Part shown: one piece after another, positions 61,112 through 64,000 of the stretch | Numbering within the stretch: the first letter of the stretch is position 1 | Layout: every line of letters starts with the position of its first letter | DNA from: an uncultured bacterium | Lineage (GTDB): Bacteria; Oederibacteriota; PGYV01; CAWJRG01 | Assembly (NCBI GenBank): GCA_963845185.1 | Contig: CAWJRG010000010.1 | Coordinates: 384,001 to 448,000 of the forward strand | Direction: 5' to 3' | Length of the DNA: 64,000 bases | Translations under genes and position numbers: made by a program | Notes under the pieces: model-generated | Told to the model about the DNA's origin: nothing | Databases searched by the model: none | What the model saw: the letters and a program-made list of their open reading frames with translations, nothing else

Positions 61112-62387
61112 CTGAAAAGGCTTGTCAAGCACAAATCCAAGTATAAGGGCTAAAATGTTAATTAACCTTCTCTTCGCCGCAGTTCTTTTCACCCGGCATT
61201 ATAACAAATCAAATTAAGGCCCTCTAACCTCTCCCACAGCCCAGAAGATTTACTGACTCAGGGGAAAACAGAGCGGCCTATAAGTATATTTTTTATATAT
61301 CCTTTCTTCATAACCACGATTTTCTTTGAGCATTTTAAATATTATTTCTGCCATGTGCCTTGCAACTGCTATTATTGCCTTGTTTGAACCTCTGCGGCTT
61401 TTTACGTTCAAGTATATTGATTTAAAATACAAAGAACTTCTTACCGCTGTCCAAGCTGCTTCTACAAACGCACATTTTAAATGTTTGTTTGCCTGCCTTA
61501 TTATCGGACCTCTATGTATTGTTTTATTACTCGCATATTCGCTTGGAACCAATCCGGCATATGACGCTAATCGTTTTGCCTTAGAGAATCTATTTATATC
61601 AACTATTTCAAACGCCACTACCTTTGAAAGAACTTCTCCAAATCCAGGTACCGTCTTTATTATTTCCACATATCTATCTTTCCCTGTCATTTCTTTTGCA
61701 AGTTTTTCTGTTGCCTTTATTCCTGTATTAAGTTCGTCCACCAAATGCATCTCGAGGTTCAGCAATTCACGTTCGCTTTTTACCAGTTCGACTCTTTCTA
61801 TTGTGTCCCTGCCTTTTTTCCCAAACAAATCGCTGTGTACGCTTGTATCTATATGGTTCCTTGTCAATAACTGGTGCACCCTATTTTTTACAGCTGTCCG
61901 TGTGCTCACCAGGAATTGCCTCTCTCTTAATATGTTCTTCTTAAGCCTTATTTCCTTCGACGGCACATATACTTCCGGTATTAAATTTGCTCTCAACAAA
62001 TGGGCCAATATCTCCGAATCCCTTACATCGTTTTTTATCTGGCTTTCCGCTATCGCTCTCAGCTTCTGCGCATGCGCCAATTTTGTCTTTACGCCGAGTT
62101 CCTCCAAAAGGTCGTACACTACTCCCCAGCAGTACGTTGTCTCAATTACCGCTTCGCATTCCTCTCCAATCTCAGCCAGCATTTTCTTAAAATCCTCTGT
62201 CCTGTTTGAAAGAGCTCCTCTAAATCTGACTTGACCTTCTTTTGTCACCGCTGTAACATAAGACACGTTCTTGTGCACGTCCACACCAAGATACAACATA
62301 CGGCACCTCCTAGGTTTTTAATGTTGTGGGTGCTAACACACGCCACGTTACCATTATACCTGGGGGTGCCTTCTTTTCATATTACCT
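61112..62387 (-). mobile_element. IS110-family (IS1111-type layout) insertion sequence
   Basis: Subterminal IR TGAAAAG/CTTTTCA; CT dinucleotide at both junctions; short 5' and longer 3' non-coding regions. Confidence 0.8.
61250..62299 (-). CDS. IS110 family transposase/recombinase
   Basis: YLGVDVHK, IET, KNDVRD (DEDD); TVPGFG; SYAGLVPSEYAS; AIIAVAR. Confidence 0.95.
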   Translation of the reverse strand: MLYLGVDVHKNVSYVTAVTKEGQVRFRGALSNRTEDFKKMLAEIGEECEAVIETTYCWGVVYDLLEELGVKTKLAHAQKLRAIAESQIKNDVRDSEILAHLLRANLIPEVYVPSKEIRLKKNILRERQFLVSTRTAVKNRVHQLLTRNHIDTSVHSDLFGKKGRDTIERVELVKSERELLNLEMHLVDELNTGIKATEKLAKEMTGKDRYVEIIKTVPGFGEVLSKVVAFEIVDINRFSKAKRLASYAGLVPSEYASNKTIHRGPIIRQANKHLKCAFVEAAWTAVRSSLYFKSIYLNVKSRRGSNKAIIAVARHMAEIIFKMLKENRGYEERIYKKYTYRPLCFPLSQ

Positions 62388-62542
62388 CTCCCTTGATGGG
62401 AGAGGGACAGGGTGAGGGTGATAATTCCTATATTTCCTCCGCCCCCTCTCTCTTACTCTCTCCCTCAAGGGGCGAGAGTCTGTTTGTTTTTGAAATTACA
62501 CACAATAGTGTACACTAACGCATCTTCAAGGCAAATATTATA

Positions 62543-64000
62543 TTAACGAATCACGAATATCGTGCCCATTTTTAATATATCGGACTTTAACTTGATTATA
62601 TAATAATACACCCCTGGAGATACTGGGCTGCCGTATGAATTCCTGCCGTTCCAGTACACATCCGGAGTCTGCGCCGTCAGTGAAATTACAAGCTCCACTG
62701 ATATTGTGTAAATGTATATGTTTGCGCCGATAGGCAGGTTGATGATTTTTAAAGTCCCATCAAATGCTTTGCCGGGGCTGAAAGGGTTGGGATAAATAAT
62801 AATGTCACCAATGGGATATGGAGTAGGTGTTGGCGTGATTGTAGGCGATATTGTTATAGTGGGCGTTATGCTTGATGTGGGTGTTTGTGTTGAAGTAATC
62901 GTGCCGGTCGGCGATATTGTATAAGTTGGGGTCGGGGTAAACGTTTCCGTTATTGTTAATGTCGCTGTGTCCGTATAAGTAATTGTATAGGTTGACGTCA
63001 CGGTATAAGTCGGCGTTAATGTATAAGTCCGTGTTATTGTAGCAGTGTTTGTACTTGTGCTTGTAGTTGTGGCGGTGTATGTATTTGTATATGTGCATGT
63101 AGGAGACTTTGTGTTTGTATAAGTTGGCGTCGGGCTGGCGCATGCGCCGAATTCCTGGATTCTGTAATTGTATGTATCTGCAATATATATATTGCCGTTG
63201 CTGGACACTGCTACTGCTTCAGGCCAATTAAACTGCCCGGCACTGCTTCCAGCACTGCCCCATTGTGTTATATATACCCCGCTTGATGTGAATTTCTGTA
63301 TCCTGTTGTTGTTCATATCTATCACATATATGTTCCCGCTGCTGTCCGTGGCTATTCCAGTAGGATCATTGAACTGCCCTGCCCCGCTCCCGGCGCTGCC
63401 CCATTGTGTTATATATACACCGCTTGATGTGAATTTCTGTATCCTGTTGTTCACCATATCAGTCACATAAATATTTCCGCTATTATCAATGGCTATGTTA
63501 ATAGGTGAATTAAATTGTCCATTACCGTTACCAAGACTTCCCCATTGTGCTAAATAATTTCCGGCCGAATCAAATTTTTGTATCCTGTTGTTAATTGTAT
63601 CCGCAACATACACGTTTCCGCTGCTGTCCGTGACTAATCCGTGGGGAGTACTGAATTGCCCGTTGCCGCTTCCAGCGCTGCCCCATTGAGTTATATATGC
63701 TCCGCTTGATGTAAATTTCTCTATCCTGTTATTCCAGCTATCCGAAACATAAATATTGCTGCTGCTGTCCGCGGTTACTCCGCAAGGATGATTAAACTGC
63801 CCGTTGCCGCTTCCAGAACTACCCCATTGAGTTATATAACTTCCACTTGAAGTGAATTCCTGTATCCTGCTATTGTCTATATCCGCCACATAAATATTGC
63901 CGCTGCTGTCTACGGCTAAATTCCACGGAGAATTAAATTGCCCATTGCCGGTTCCCAAAATACCCCATGCCGTGATAAAACAGGGCGGTGGTACAGCTTC
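62543..64000 (-). CDS. NHL-repeat protein with Thr-rich linker and C-terminal YPNPF/FlgD-like Ig domain (N-terminus outside window)
   Basis: Six NHL repeats; TPT linker; IYPNPF...WNGRN...SPGVYYY. The frame continues to the window end. Confidence 0.88.
   Translation of the reverse strand, partial: EAVPPPCFITAWGILGTGNGQFNSPWNLAVDSSGNIYVADIDNSRIQEFTSSGSYITQWGSSGSGNGQFNHPCGVTADSSSNIYVSDSWNNRIEKFTSSGAYITQWGSAGSGNGQFSTPHGLVTDSSGNVYVADTINNRIQKFDSAGNYLAQWGSLGNGNGQFNSPINIAIDNSGNIYVTDMVNNRIQKFTSSGVYITQWGSAGSGAGQFNDPTGIATDSSGNIYVIDMNNNRIQKFTSSGVYITQWGSAGSSAGQFNWPEAVAVSSNGNIYIADTYNYRIQEFGACASPTPTYTNTKSPTCTYTNTYTATTTSTSTNTATITRTYTLTPTYTVTSTYTITYTDTATLTITETFTPTPTYTISPTGTITSTQTPTSSITPTITISPTITPTPTPYPIGDIIIYPNPFSPGKAFDGTLKIINLPIGANIYIYTISVELVISLTAQTPDVYWNGRNSYGSPVSPGVYYYIIKLKSDILKMGTIFVIR

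Larger units (their letters stand above)
61066..62503. mobile_element. MITE-like element copy 2, interrupted by IS110
   Basis: GTGTGTAATTTCAA at 61066 and TTGAAATTACACAC at 62490-62503; interior matches copy 1 once the IS is removed. Confidence 0.65.

Noticed and set aside
1..64000. tRNA or rRNA genes
   Set aside because: No cloverleaf or rRNA-like sequence recognised by eye.

Overview
Bacterial genomic window, mostly on the minus strand. The Thr/Pro-rich linkers and YPNPF-type C-terminal domains resemble Ca. Goldbacteria/FCPU426-type genomes (inference only). In order it contains: (1) the 5' half of a group II intron with its RT ORF, inserted 4 nt into a host ORF; (2) a TPM-like membrane protein, a type IV pilin-like protein and a large multidomain glycoside hydrolase; (3) a ~19 kb array (6.8-25.5 kb) of paralogous lipoprotein genes. 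Most array genes sit behind a near-identical terminator/promoter/RBS/signal-peptide module and carry variable-length Thr/Ala/Gln stalks with interchangeable heads (Kelch-like, NHL, RCC1, FGE/C-type-lectin fold, PCYW repeats). The array also holds two paralogs sharing an identical in-frame TAG, an AAA/DUF4143 ATPase and an ORF-less class C group II intron. Next come (4) a partial Flp/Tad pilus cluster; (5) an AT-rich island with a type IIG restriction-modification gene and a DUF4062 protein; (6) a ParB-TM-TPR fusion; (7) a surface-glycan cluster with a duplicated GT4 gene, each copy frameshifted at a different site; (8) housekeeping genes and an ABC-2 exporter; and (9) MITE/REP-like elements, one targeted by an IS110/IS1111-type element whose 3' non-coding region matches the target hairpin. 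All calls come from motif reading; no database searches were run.
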